From assembly GCA_044892525.1 (NCBI GenBank), contig CM097885.1, positions 55,986,001-56,050,000 of the forward strand: DNA of 64,000 nt, in the 5' to 3' direction. This document shows positions 39,201 to 50,600 of this stretch, piece by piece (position 1 is the first letter of the stretch; each line of letters begins with the position of its first letter). Source of the DNA: Schmidtea polychroa. Lineage: Eukaryota. Under the pieces are notes generated by a model, which saw only the letters and a program-made list of their open reading frames with translations, had not been told where the DNA came from and made no database searches. Both the position numbers and the translations under genes were made by a program.

Positions 39201-40774
39201 CTAAAATTAAGTTTAAAATTAATTTAGAATTTGAAAAGAAAAAGAAATGCACTTTTTATGCACTTGATGTTATTCGTGATTTTATTTATTTTAGTAATTT
39301 CATTTCAATATTTTAATTATCATTTTCCTTTATTTTCATTTTATAACACTTAGAATTATTGTTAAATAAATAAAATAACTGATCTATAGTCTGAAATGAG
39401 GATAAAGAAAATTGATTATAAGATAAATAAGTTAATAGACAATTGATGAAAATGATAAAGGATTTTACCGGTAGTTTTTCATTTTCCGTTTTTTGAATTG
39501 TCTCAGTTAAATGTAGTTGTTGAAAATTTTTTATTTTTTTTATTAGTTGACAGTATATCAATATTTTTTAGAAAAATAACAGAAACATTTAACACTAAAA
39601 ATACTGTTTTCGAAAATTCGCAGTTTTTTAAATATTTAAATATATAACAAATATTTATCATAACAGAACACTTTCATACTATTAGAATAAAAATTTTAAT
39701 TTAAAATATTTACATTATTTGTACTTTTTTTTATTTTCAAAGCTTTTTTATGAATTATCTCGAATAATTTTTAAATTTAGTTTTTTGTGCTTTGGTTTAT
39801 TAAAAATAATTTTTAAAGCATTAATTTTTATTATTTACCCTATTAACTAATAACGTAATCTCAGATTAGTTTTATACGAAATAAGTAGATTTTCATTCAC
39901 ATTAATGATCCATAAAGGCATATTATTAATAAACTAGTTGTGCTCAACAGTTTTATTATAAATTACATGTTATAACATGTTTATAAGAACAATTATTTTT
40001 ATAGTTCGTTTTGAATTCAATGATTAAAATTTATTTGTGTTTCCTGGGCCCTATTGGATATGTAAAAGTTATTTGATTTTCATATTTTACTATTACATAA
40101 ACTTCTCAACATTTGGAGTCCAATTATAATAATTTTGATATTTTTGGTTGGAGTATTATATTATTTCCATTGCTTAAATTCAATTTTTTTTAGTCTTATA
40201 TTTTTATTTTAAATTTGCTATTGGAAAGCGAAGTTAGAACTTATTAAAATATTTAATAATAATTATTTATGGGTTACTCATTTATAAATATAAAATAAAA
40301 AGGTTATTTTCTATCACTTTCTAAATTGGTTAATTTCTTAAAAATTTTAATCGATTTCAGAATATTTTTTCATTTAAATTGTCACTTACTCTTTCACAAC
40401 ATCATTTTTGTTTTCTAGAACCCAATATCTTTTTGACAATAAATTGTCAGCTAATGGATTAAGGATTGCATTGTCCGATGAATTGAATGGAATAGAATGT
40501 TGTCGAATCTTTTCTTGACACATTTCTTGAGCGTTTTCCCAACTTGTTTTGAATTTGGATACATAATAACATGCTTGGCCAGGAATACAAATTGTTTCTA
40601 AAATTTTATCATTTGTTATGTTATTTTATTTCACTATTCAAAAAATACCGAATCCATCGTTTGAATTATCAGCCTGTATATTTGTACCTGAAATCAAATA
40701 TTATTACACAAATCCATTATCAATTATTATTTCTTACATAGCGCCAATAAGGACAGAAATGCTATTTTAAACAT
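27232..40774 (-). CDS. Gene B: paralog of gene A, secreted giant preproprotein (about 4053 aa) with split CTLD halves around a repeat insert
   Basis: Exons (minus): 40774-40738, 40687-40649, 40597-40390, 39200-39149, 39103-27408, 27361-27232. GT-AG introns, consistent phases, 12162 nt (4054 codons with stop). N-terminus MFKIAFLSLLALCTNIQA-DNSNDGFETICIPGQACYYVSKFKTSWENAQEMC...KRYWV...KITIILNRKRRSF. C-terminus RMRRSAG...HLCPFIGKVNNKLTTKLTNCEMKQRFICKRQLN*. AATAAA overlaps the stop. Confidence 0.87.
28700..30200 (-). repeat. 258-bp (86-aa) module array in gene B with a 516-bp near-exact duplication
   Basis: LNWEELMKYIDETNRSEVIKKIKTFITFVQNKQYEKID occurs twice; GAACAAATGT at 29221 and 29737. Confidence 0.9.
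32040..37905 (-). repeat. Coding tandem array in gene B: 480-bp (160-aa) unit, about 12.3 copies
   Basis: Landmarks every 480 bp from 32481 to 37761; units differ at only a few sites (TTRRP/TTKGP, LKLII/LKFII). Confidence 0.98.
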
Positions 40775-43325
40775 TTCTATAATTATTAATATTGTCATTT
40801 TTGAATCTTTCAACATTTTTATACTCACTTACTTTAAACATGTTACTGTTTAATTTACACATTGTACACAGTACCATAAATGTTTACTCTAATTTTATGA
40901 ACCAAAATTTAGAATTTTTAACATTTCAAATTTCAATTAAATTATTTTTTTGTAATTAATGTTACTTTTAATTAAATAAATAAATGCATTTTAGAGGTGA
41001 CGCACAAATGATTTAGTCTTGGGGGAGGTGGAAGAATTGGAAGTGCTAAAAATATTTAATGCAAATTCAATAAAATTTATTTAGTGCTTATACAAATTTA
41101 TTTAACCCTTAAATACATGATTTTTAAAAAACCTGTTTTATCTAAAAAAATGTTGGATTATTATTTAAGTCAATGGAAAAAATAATGAAAAAAATCAAAT
41201 ATAATAAAAAACATGCTTTTTTATTAAAATATCGGTTGTTGTCAAATAACTACATTATGTGTTTAGGAAATGTATATATTTAAAATATATTTAAAATGAA
41301 ACATTTAAAAAATAAAAACATTCAAAAAAAGCGAAACGATTTANNNNNNNNNNNNNNNNNNNNNNNNNNNNNNNNNNNNNNNNNNNNNNNNNNNNNNNNN
41401 NNNNNNNNNNNNNNNNNNNNNNNNNNNNNNNNNNNNNNNNNNNNNNNNNNNNNNNNNNNNNNNNNNNNNNNNNNNNNNNNNNNNNNTTGAAGTGATTATA
41501 ATTGTTTCGATTTGCATTCATTTCTAGACATAGCTGTTGCAATACGCATTTGACGAATCTTATAGTGACCGTAGGCATGGCTTTCATTAGAATTGAACCA
41601 ATAACTTTTATCATACAAACATTGCAGTGCTCGTTTTTCTGCCATGAAAGTATACAACTTATGATTGACACTTCCTATTCTTTTTTGTGGGATGCTCACT
41701 GTTCCACCATCAGTATCTACGCTATATATCCATATCTAATTTTCGAAATATTTATTAAATTGTTGCCATTCATCGAAATAATGTATTACTTTATTGCAAT
41801 TTACTTACATTATTTTATTAATTTGTTGTAATATTTTATAACCTTGTTACAATTTGCTTAAATATTTTACAACTGTTGAAATTTTCAGAAATATGTTATT
41901 ACTTTGTTGCAATTTGATGAAAAATGAAATGATTATAATTTGTGTATGTCATTTTGAATGTTCTATACACATGTTTTATACTAAATTTGAATTTTTCATC
42001 AATTTAGCATAGTTTTAAAGAATTTTGTAGTATAATGATGAACAAATAAAATTTAATTCTCTATAAAGTAGTCTAAATATAATTTTATTTGCACACTTGT
42101 TTTATTATTGAATTTTTCTCTATTTTGCTGTTTTGTGGATAAATACATCAATGATTAGTTATGATTTTCTAGATTTATCCATCAAATATCTTATTTATTC
42201 TGTATGCCATATATTTTGTTTTAATTATTGAATCTTTAATCAAATAATTTTAGTTTTATTATGTCTTTGTTAAATAAGTCAACTTTAGCGTCAAAATGTG
42301 TTTTTAAAATATATTTAAGTTTTAAAATACCACAACATGTTTTTATTTTTTCCTACGCCTTCCTTGATTTTTATTGGTTAGAATTTAGTTATGTGTAATA
42401 TATAAACAGTAACTTTTCAATTGTTTGTCATTTAAACTTTTAATTTAACATATATTAGTGAATAATTTATTCTCTATTGTATCTATTATTCACCATTATT
42501 TTTGTTTAGTGAACGGATGAAGTTTATATATTTTGTATTGCCGAAAGTCATGAAGATGTTGACAACTGTAAATCAGTTATATCATCATATTTCAAGATAA
42601 ATTACTCTACCTTATTGGGTTACGTATGTCCGGAATGTCTCATTATAACACCAAATAGGTGGTTAATGTTTGTACGACAACACGGACACCATTTTAGAAG
42701 ATTCAATAAAACGAAGAGCACTATGATCACTAAAAGTAATACTCTTTCTACTACTAACATTTATTATTTTTTATAGTACAATCGAAAATTAATACATCTT
42801 ACGATCCTATGCAGATTAAAGAATATGTTACAAGTTATTTTATTTAATTTGTTTAATATTAATTATAAATATTGTTAGACAAGACTCTGGCACTATAAAA
42901 CGAAAGTCAATATTTTAAGGAAATGGAGAGTCTAACATACAATTTTGTCCACGCCGGGAGTCTGACTTAAATGGTTCTCGTGTTGAATATACAAGCGATG
43001 TATCTGCAATTAATTCTCCTGACATTATTGTCTCATATAAAGAAAAAGAAGGTCGTATTCAACGAATGGGGACAGTAAAAATACAATTTGGACTTTGTGC
43101 TGAATTTATCAAAGAAGATAGTGAAATTAAAAAATGGTGTTTGTCAAATAAAGCAATTACGATGTAATCTTCATTTATATATGATGGAATTGAAAAATTA
43201 AAAGAAAAGTTGGAGAAATACATTCAAAAAAGTAATGGGTAAAGAATTCATAAAATATTAAAAGTTATTATAATTTTAACTAAATTATCAAACATAATAA
43301 ATGTATCTGGTTAGTTTTATTATTA

Positions 43326-43326
<1 letters not shown>

Positions 43327-43400
<74 letters not shown>
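43327..43400. repeat. (AT)n microsatellite
   Basis: Direct observation. Confidence 0.95.
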
Positions 43401-43403
<3 letters not shown>

Positions 43404-43489
43404 AGTTATTTACTTAGGTTCAAGTTTCATTAAAACGGCAAATTACCTGAAAAACTGTCAAGCTTTAGTTGATGTACAAAATAAAGATC

Positions 43490-44680
43490 AATTTTACTTT
43501 TTATATTGCATACTGGCTGTATTATATATATATATATATATAAAAATATTATTTTATTTAGTTAAAATGGAAATCAAATTGGTTTCCAATAAAATTGGCT
43601 AATATTTGTCAATTTGAGACGATGAATATTTTCAAGAATCTATTCGTTAATTTAGTTTATTTTTGTTGATTTAATTTATATGGATCGGCATTATCTCAGA
43701 AACTTCCTGTTTGTGAGTTCAGATGGTTAGAAGATCAGACTGAAATAGATAGTATTATTATAAGATGTGCGAATGCAGATGACTTTGATGGAGATTGTGG
43801 ATATGTTTTGGAGTTTGACATCGTCATTCTTGATAGTATACAAGATAAACTAGATGATTTGTCTATAGGATCTAAACTTTATTATCCACCTGTTAGTAAA
43901 GTTATTATTAAAACACGAACCAAAGAACAATTAAGTGATTAATAGTAGAGTTTTGACAGAATGGTTGAGTTACGGCGCAAAAGTCACAGAAGTTAATCGT
44001 GCTGTAGAGTTTAAGCAGGTAGTTATTTTCAAAAAATATATTAATTGCAATACACAAATGAGAGCAGTTAGTACAAATTCGTTCCAGAAAGATTATTTTA
44101 AGTTTAAACAGTGCTTTTTTCTGAACGAACGGCGTTCCGGCACCTTTTTTTTGCTGAATAATTTTAAAAAATTGACATGATTTGGTTTTTTGTCATATTT
44201 CTATTTCTAACATTTCAAATAGTCAATTACAATCAAATTAAAAGTATTAGTCGTACGCCAGAGCGAGTGAATCATAACTATTATATAAAACTATTATATA
44301 AAACACGCTCACGGTAAATATACGCCATTAATATACTACGTCATTAAAATCGTTTCCTGTTGTCTGTAATAAGTGTATATTTTGTGTCCTGCATAATTAT
44401 TTTATTTGTTAGCTGATTTCAGCGTCATTTTTTTTACATATAAAGGATAGTACAGATACGTTCCGGCACCTTTTTTCCCAGAACAAAGCACTGAGTTTAA
44501 GAACAATAGTTTATTCTGTAAAACTGTTGAAAACTTGAAGAAGCGTATAAAATTGAGATTACAACAAAAGCAAAAAATTGATTGTAGCCATCCTATGTTT
44601 CGTAGAATCAAGATTGCGGATGATTTCATTGCTGTTATACTCGATAAAGAAACAGTGTGTTTACACCATCTCTAGGCAAT
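43490..44680 (+). pseudogene. Second degenerate Polinton-type PolB remnant, split by a hAT MITE
   Basis: NLYGSALSQKLPVCEFRW, GYVLEFDI, VNRAVEFKQ..FKKYINCNT. Removing 44109-44493 restores DYFKFKNNSLFCKTVEN (PolB motif B-like). Confidence 0.7.
44109..44493. mobile_element. hAT-type MITE
   Basis: Ends CAGTGCTTTTTTCTG / CAGAACAAAGCACTG; TSD AGTTTAAA (44101-44108) / AGTTTAAG (44494-44501). Confidence 0.8.
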
Positions 44681-44763
44681 AAATAGGATTAGAAATGATG
44701 TAAGTTATGTAGTAAATCAATAACACTGCGTATCAACTTAAAATCTACTTCACATATACTTCT

Positions 44764-44836
<73 letters not shown>
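44764..44836. repeat. (CA)n(TA)n compound microsatellite
   Basis: Direct observation. Confidence 0.95.
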
Positions 44837-44837
<1 letters not shown>

Positions 44838-46495
44838 GAAAGCAGCACTCAAACATTCGTTTTATGATATATCCATAAGTTTTCCAGTCATCAAGCACGA
44901 AAGACATAAATATTATAGATTTTAGAAACTTCATTAATTTTTTATAAAAATATTATTTAATTTAAACAATCTTTTACTGTTCAATTTTAAAATATTTTAA
45001 TAATCTATAAATTATGAAATAAAAAACTGAAATTTAAATTATTTAACATAATAATTTATTTGATTTAAAAACAATAACAATCCACATACCCACAATTTAC
45101 GACCCAAACTACTTAAAAACATACAAACATGTTGTATATCAATTTTCGGATCCAATGATTTGAGTGTCAAAGCTTCACAAATTACAAGTTCCCAATAATT
45201 AATACAATTTTTAATAACATTTAATTTACTAATACAACTGTTGGAAGTTTCCGTATGTTTTATATGTTGGATTATTATTTTTTTCTTGTTATTGTTTAAT
45301 GTCTAGAAAGGTTGTAGAGCCCATCCGAGTCTCCTGTAAAAAAATACTGTTTCGGGACAGCTGGGGTGAATGTGTATTATTTATAGTATTATGACTACAA
45401 TTAAATATAAAATAAAATAACTGTTAGATAAAATTACAAAATTTTATTAACAAAAAGAAATTACTATTTCGTATAACTTTATTTGTAGTAGAAATAATAC
45501 AGATATTCCGTAGAACTATTGACTGAATATAATCAACGTAACCAATGAATTCGTTTATTATTGAACGGACTTTAAGATTGATTGTAGTACTTTGCTTTAA
45601 TAATAAAGGTAGATGATTAGATAAAGGATTTTGAGATTGGAATTTCACTGATTAAACTCTTGATGGTTTTGTTTTGACTCACACTAATATAGTAATTATT
45701 AATGAGTTATATCCTCTTCCTTTTTATAATAGTCTTATGGATAACCTTTCTTCTCCTTTGTATTTAGTATGATTCCCAATTATATCTTCTGTTTTTTGTA
45801 TTGTTTGGTTTCTTGGAATTTCTTAATCTTTTACTGACTTTAAATTTCAATTTTTTAATGATCTTTTTGTATTTTGTTATTTTACTATGGTGATAATTTA
45901 CTATAGTAAGTTATCGCTGTATAGTTTTTTTTTAAATTTCCTTTCCCCGACGCTACGGGAACGATAATGATAAAAAACAGAACCTAATTGGTGTATTGTT
46001 AAAAGCAACAATAACGATAAAAATACAACAATCTACTGCAACAACCATTATTACTGTTGTTGCCAACCTTTGGCTCGTGATCCTAACAAGGATATCTTGA
46101 GACCTTATGAAAATTAATTTTTTTTAATAAAAAATGAGATTTTTGTAGAATTTTATAAATTTTCATTTCGAAGTTACTAGATTATACAACTTTGTGGTTT
46201 CTTACTATCATTTTAATTAAAGCTATACTACTGTTATTACTTTGACTGCACTGCAGCTACGTAATGATAGATAATTCGATAGATAAATTATTATGATTCA
46301 ATTATATAAAATTTGTAACTAAAATATTGTAACTATAAATTATCAGATATTTTAGAATTCAAATTCATTATATTTAGCTGCACAAAGGCAGAGAAGAAGA
46401 GACCCGATTAATGTTATAGTTTGAGTCACCGAAACTTGGTAAATGTTATTAAGGGGTTACAGATCCAGAGAGGTTGGGAACCTCTGCATTAATGT

Positions 46496-47475
46496 TGTTG
46501 AGGATACCTAAATAATAATTCATAAAGAAATAAATAAAATTACCTGGGGGAAGATCGCCATGACAAACGGGACGATCTATAGAGACTCAGAAAAGAAAAC
46601 GGAAGTGAAAAGAAATCAAAAATGAGAAAGAGAAAGGAAATAAAAGTTATCAAACAGGAAAATAAAAATCAAGGTCAGTACTAATTAATTAGTACAAAAA
46701 GGAAAAAGGAAAACAACAATATCCTTATCTCGACAGCTTGCCGGTGATAATAGAATTGATGGGAGAAGGCGGTCGAACAAGAAAGGAAAAAGGGAAAAAC
46801 AACTTGACAGCTGTCAGAGATAAAAATGGTACAGTCGGGGAAAGCAGGAGATGGAAAGTGGAAAAACACTCAATTATCTGGAGTGTCACAAGCAAAAACA
46901 ACTATATAAAGAAAGCTGGTGGACGAGAAATCAGAACAGATTGGGAACAGATTGGGAACAGATTGAGAACAGATTGGGAACAGATTGGGAACAGATTGAG
47001 AACAGATTGGGAACAGATTGGGAACAAATTGGGAACAGATTGGGAATAGATTGAGAGGCAAAAGTGGAGTAAAATTAGAGACGACAGCGTAAAAAGAGGA
47101 ATCAAAGCCGAGTGAAAAGAGAAGTGACAAGAATCTTTTATAAAATTGAATATAAAGTAAAAGTGGACTAGATAAGTTGTGTGGTCAAAGCAAATAGAAC
47201 AATCGATCAATATATCCTGTAATTGAGTAGTTGACGGCTAGTGATTATTGTTGTGGTTACAGAAAGGGCTATTCTTCACGTAGTGTCGAAATAAGCTCTG
47301 TGTGGTAAATTGGTTTATAGTCAATTGGTTTTAATTGAAATTTGTACTATTACGTGTGGATATTAATAAAGCTTATTGTGTTCGAGAGTGTTGAATTGCA
47401 ATTTAATAAACACGCTTTGGAGCCAGATTAAAGGTTTGAATTTACAAATATTGTCACCAACTATATAACACAACA
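46496..47475 (+). repeat. 5' LTR
   Basis: TGTTGAGGATACC...ATAACACAACA; same length as the 3' LTR; one substitution noticed (47400 A vs 56737 G). Confidence 0.97.
46934..47054 (+). repeat. 11 x 11-bp tandem GAACAGATTG(G/A) inside the LTR (also 56271-56391)
   Basis: Direct count; most units contain ATTGG (reverse CCAAT). Confidence 0.95.
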
Positions 47476-47480
47476 TATTT

Positions 47481-47498
47481 TGGTGAGCCCGACGTGAT
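47481..47498 (+). promoter_or_regulatory. Primer-binding site complementary to the tRNA-Trp 3' end
   Basis: TGGTGAGCCCGACGTGAT; the reverse complement ATCACGTCGGGCTCACCA matches the metazoan tRNA-Trp 3' end (ATCACGTCGGGGTCACCA) at 17/18. Lies 5 nt after the LTR. Confidence 0.88.
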
Positions 47499-47653
47499 GA
47501 AAAGTTGGTGAAGAGATTGTGAAAAAGAAAATTGGAAAAATAAAGTGTGTTAAATTGAAATTATTAGAGTGATTTTGGAAAGGTAAATTGTTTATTGTAA
47601 TAATAATTTGAGATTTAGATTTTGTGAAATTTGAAAAGAAATAATTTATTAAA

Positions 47654-50600
47654 GTGAACCGATATTATTTGCGAAGCCAGAGTAAAAAGGAAGCTATAAT
47701 GAGCAGTGAAGATTTACCAGTTTCAGTTATTAAAGAAAATAATGATTTTGCCAGTTGTCAAAGATTGCCAGTAGAGCAATATGGAGGAGATCCAATTATT
47801 TTTGTTGATTTTATGAGCGATTACTATATGTATGCAACGGCTTATGGATGGTCTCAAGCAATAATGATTCAAAGATTACCCTTATATCTTAAAGGAGCTG
47901 CTAGAGAGGTTTGGCAACAAATCGACAGGAAAACAATCGGCAATGATTGGGCCAAATTAAAAGATGCATTGGCTGCTAAACTTATTGGAGGAGATATAAA
48001 GAGATTAATGCGTCAGAAATTTTATAATAGAGTTCAAAATCCAAATGAAACAGTGAGCGAATTTGCATATCATTTATCGACCCTTGCCAGCAAATCCTTT
48101 GAGGAAGATTCAAAACAACCAGGATTAGCCCAACAGATGCAGGAACTGATTCAAGATCAATTTTTGTCCGGAGTAAATAAAGAAATAAAAACGGCATTAT
48201 GTTTTGTAGAGTATGACAATTTCGATGAACTAGTTAAAAAGGCAATGAAAATCGAATTGAATCTAAAGAGCTCTAAAAGTAAATCTGAGGTATTTGCAAT
48301 AATTCCAGTACAAAGAGAGAGATCAGTAACCCCAACCCAAGACAATTGGGAATCAGGAAATAGATTTCAACGATCAAAGAGCCCATCACCAAAATGGAGA
48401 AACGATAATAATATGAACAGAGCAAGCCAAAATTCACCAGGCACCGAGAGAGCTAAAGTTATTCAGTGTGATATTTGTAAGAAAATTGGCCATTATACAA
48501 ATCAGTGTTGGTTTAAAAATAATTCTGAAAGAGTACCCAGGAGATTGAGCCCAGATTGGCAAAGAGATAATAGAGGAACGAATTTTCGGAGAGCAATTGC
48601 TAATGTGAAGTCAAATTTTAATGAAGTACAATGTTATCGCTGTGGTAGAAAAGGACATGTTTCTAGAAATTGTTTTTCAAGATCAAGATCACCATCAATG
48701 TCACCATCACCACAAAGAGATAATGTGAATTTAAATGGACAAATTCGATGTCATTTATGCAGAAATTACGGGCATATTGCAAGATCTTGTCCCAGGAATT
48801 CCGATAAATTTCAAAGACCGAGTTTGAAACGAACAATTAGATTTCAGGATGAAAACCAATCAAAGAATAATGTTGCTTATGTTCAGAAAGATAAATTTAG
48901 AGAGAAAATTGAGAACGATGTCAAACAATTGAATCAAAAATTGAATAAATTGATGGCGAAATTTGAATCAGATGAAGAAACAGATTCTCATATGATGACA
49001 AGACGAAAAGTGAAGACAGATGAATCCAAACTTGATGATGTTACAAGAAACAGAGTTAAAACGGATATGCAAAGTGAAAAGAGTACAATACTTATTGCTA
49101 AGGACAGAAAATTAGTAACAGAACCTGATGCAAATTCTCAGAAATTGACAGAAGTGTTGATGAAGCTAACGGAAATACCGTTGAGTTTAACCAAAATTAA
49201 AACTGTTATTAAACTTTGTACGAAATGTTATGCAGCGAGTGTGGAAAAGCGAGATGTATTTGGAAAGTATATGAAAGAATTTGGCCAAACTTTACGAAAA
49301 TTCACATGGTTAGACCCGATATTTATTAAGGCAAATACATCAGACGCCATCAAATCCGAGTATCAAATTGAAGCATACGAAAAAATACGCGAACTAAAAA
49401 GAGAAATAATGCACAAATGTGAAGTTTGGGCAGTAGAACTTAGATTTATGAATCGAGTGTTGGAAGACGACGAATTTTTGATAGATTGTGGATTGATCCC
49501 CGGCGTTGAAAATGAGATACAAATAGTGAGCATGATTGCCAATGAAAAACCAGTCAAATATGATGTCAATAAAATTAAATTTGAATTAAATGAAGCATTG
49601 ATCAAGGGAGATACAGGTGATATTATTGATAAATTGAATAATATTTTGAATTTAGAATTTGAAGTGGAAGATAAATTGAAAATTTTAGATTGTGTCAGAC
49701 CCTATGTAAATTATGATAATGAATATAGTGAAATGATAAAAAAGCTTATTCGTAAATTTGGACAAGAATTTAGAGAAAAAGGAGTTTATATTGAGCCATT
49801 CGTAATAATGTTAAAAATAAATGATCAAGAAGTGGAATGTACCAACGAGCATTGGTGTACGAAAGTGAGTAAACTACGACGAAGAGCAGCAGATATTATG
49901 GGCAATGATGGAATAATTGTATTGGTATACAAAGGTTTTGAGTTAGATGATGATGAGTATTTATTTGATTGTGGCTGCGTACCACGAAAATTTGATAAAA
50001 ATGGATCTTTGGCGAATCAGGAAACGTTTATTAATGATTTAGTTGCGATGAAACAATTTGAATCAAACGAAGTAGAAGAAAGCTTTAAAATGGAATTACC
50101 AAACTGGAAAAATGAGATAATGAGTAATGATGATGAGATGCACGATGAACAAGAAATGAGAAGAGATGAAATAGAAAATGAAACTGGAGAGATTATTGTT
50201 AAAAATGAGATGAAGACTGAAAAAGATGAAATAGAAAATGAAGCGGAGCAGATTATTGTTGAAAATGAAATGAGAACTGAAGTTAAAAATGAGGCATATA
50301 TGACCAAGATGACGATTGATAATGATATTAAAGAAAAACAATGCAGAAATTTGTATGAATTAAGATGTAAAATAATACAGAAATTTCAAGAGGAGAAAGA
50401 TCAGAAAGACTCAAAGGGAACTGAGAAAATTGTACGTGCTCTAGTAAACGAATTATATGGTGAATCAATAGAGAGAATACAAGTTGAGAAATATGTGAGG
50501 AAAATTGCAAAGAAAATTAAAAAGAGATTTTGTGTAGTGTTAAAACAAGCAAAAGAAAGTATGGAATTTTGTGATGACAATGTGATAACTGAGATGATGA

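Noticed and set aside
39960-40175. Possible extra exons completing the N-terminal CTLD of gene B (YQNYYNWTPN; NNCSYKHVITC)
   Set aside because: The motifs sit in different frames with intervening stops and no phase-compatible splice sites, while exon 40597-40390 splices in phase directly to 39200. Not fully excluded: this is the main alternative to the split-CTLD model and needs RNA evidence.
46934-47054. CRISPR-like array
   Set aside because: Head-to-tail repeats without spacers, in a eukaryotic LTR, with no cas genes.
46681-47210. Short ORFs in both LTRs (TDWEQIGNRL / FPICSQSV repeats)
   Set aside because: By-products of the 11-bp tandem repeat; no sign of coding function.
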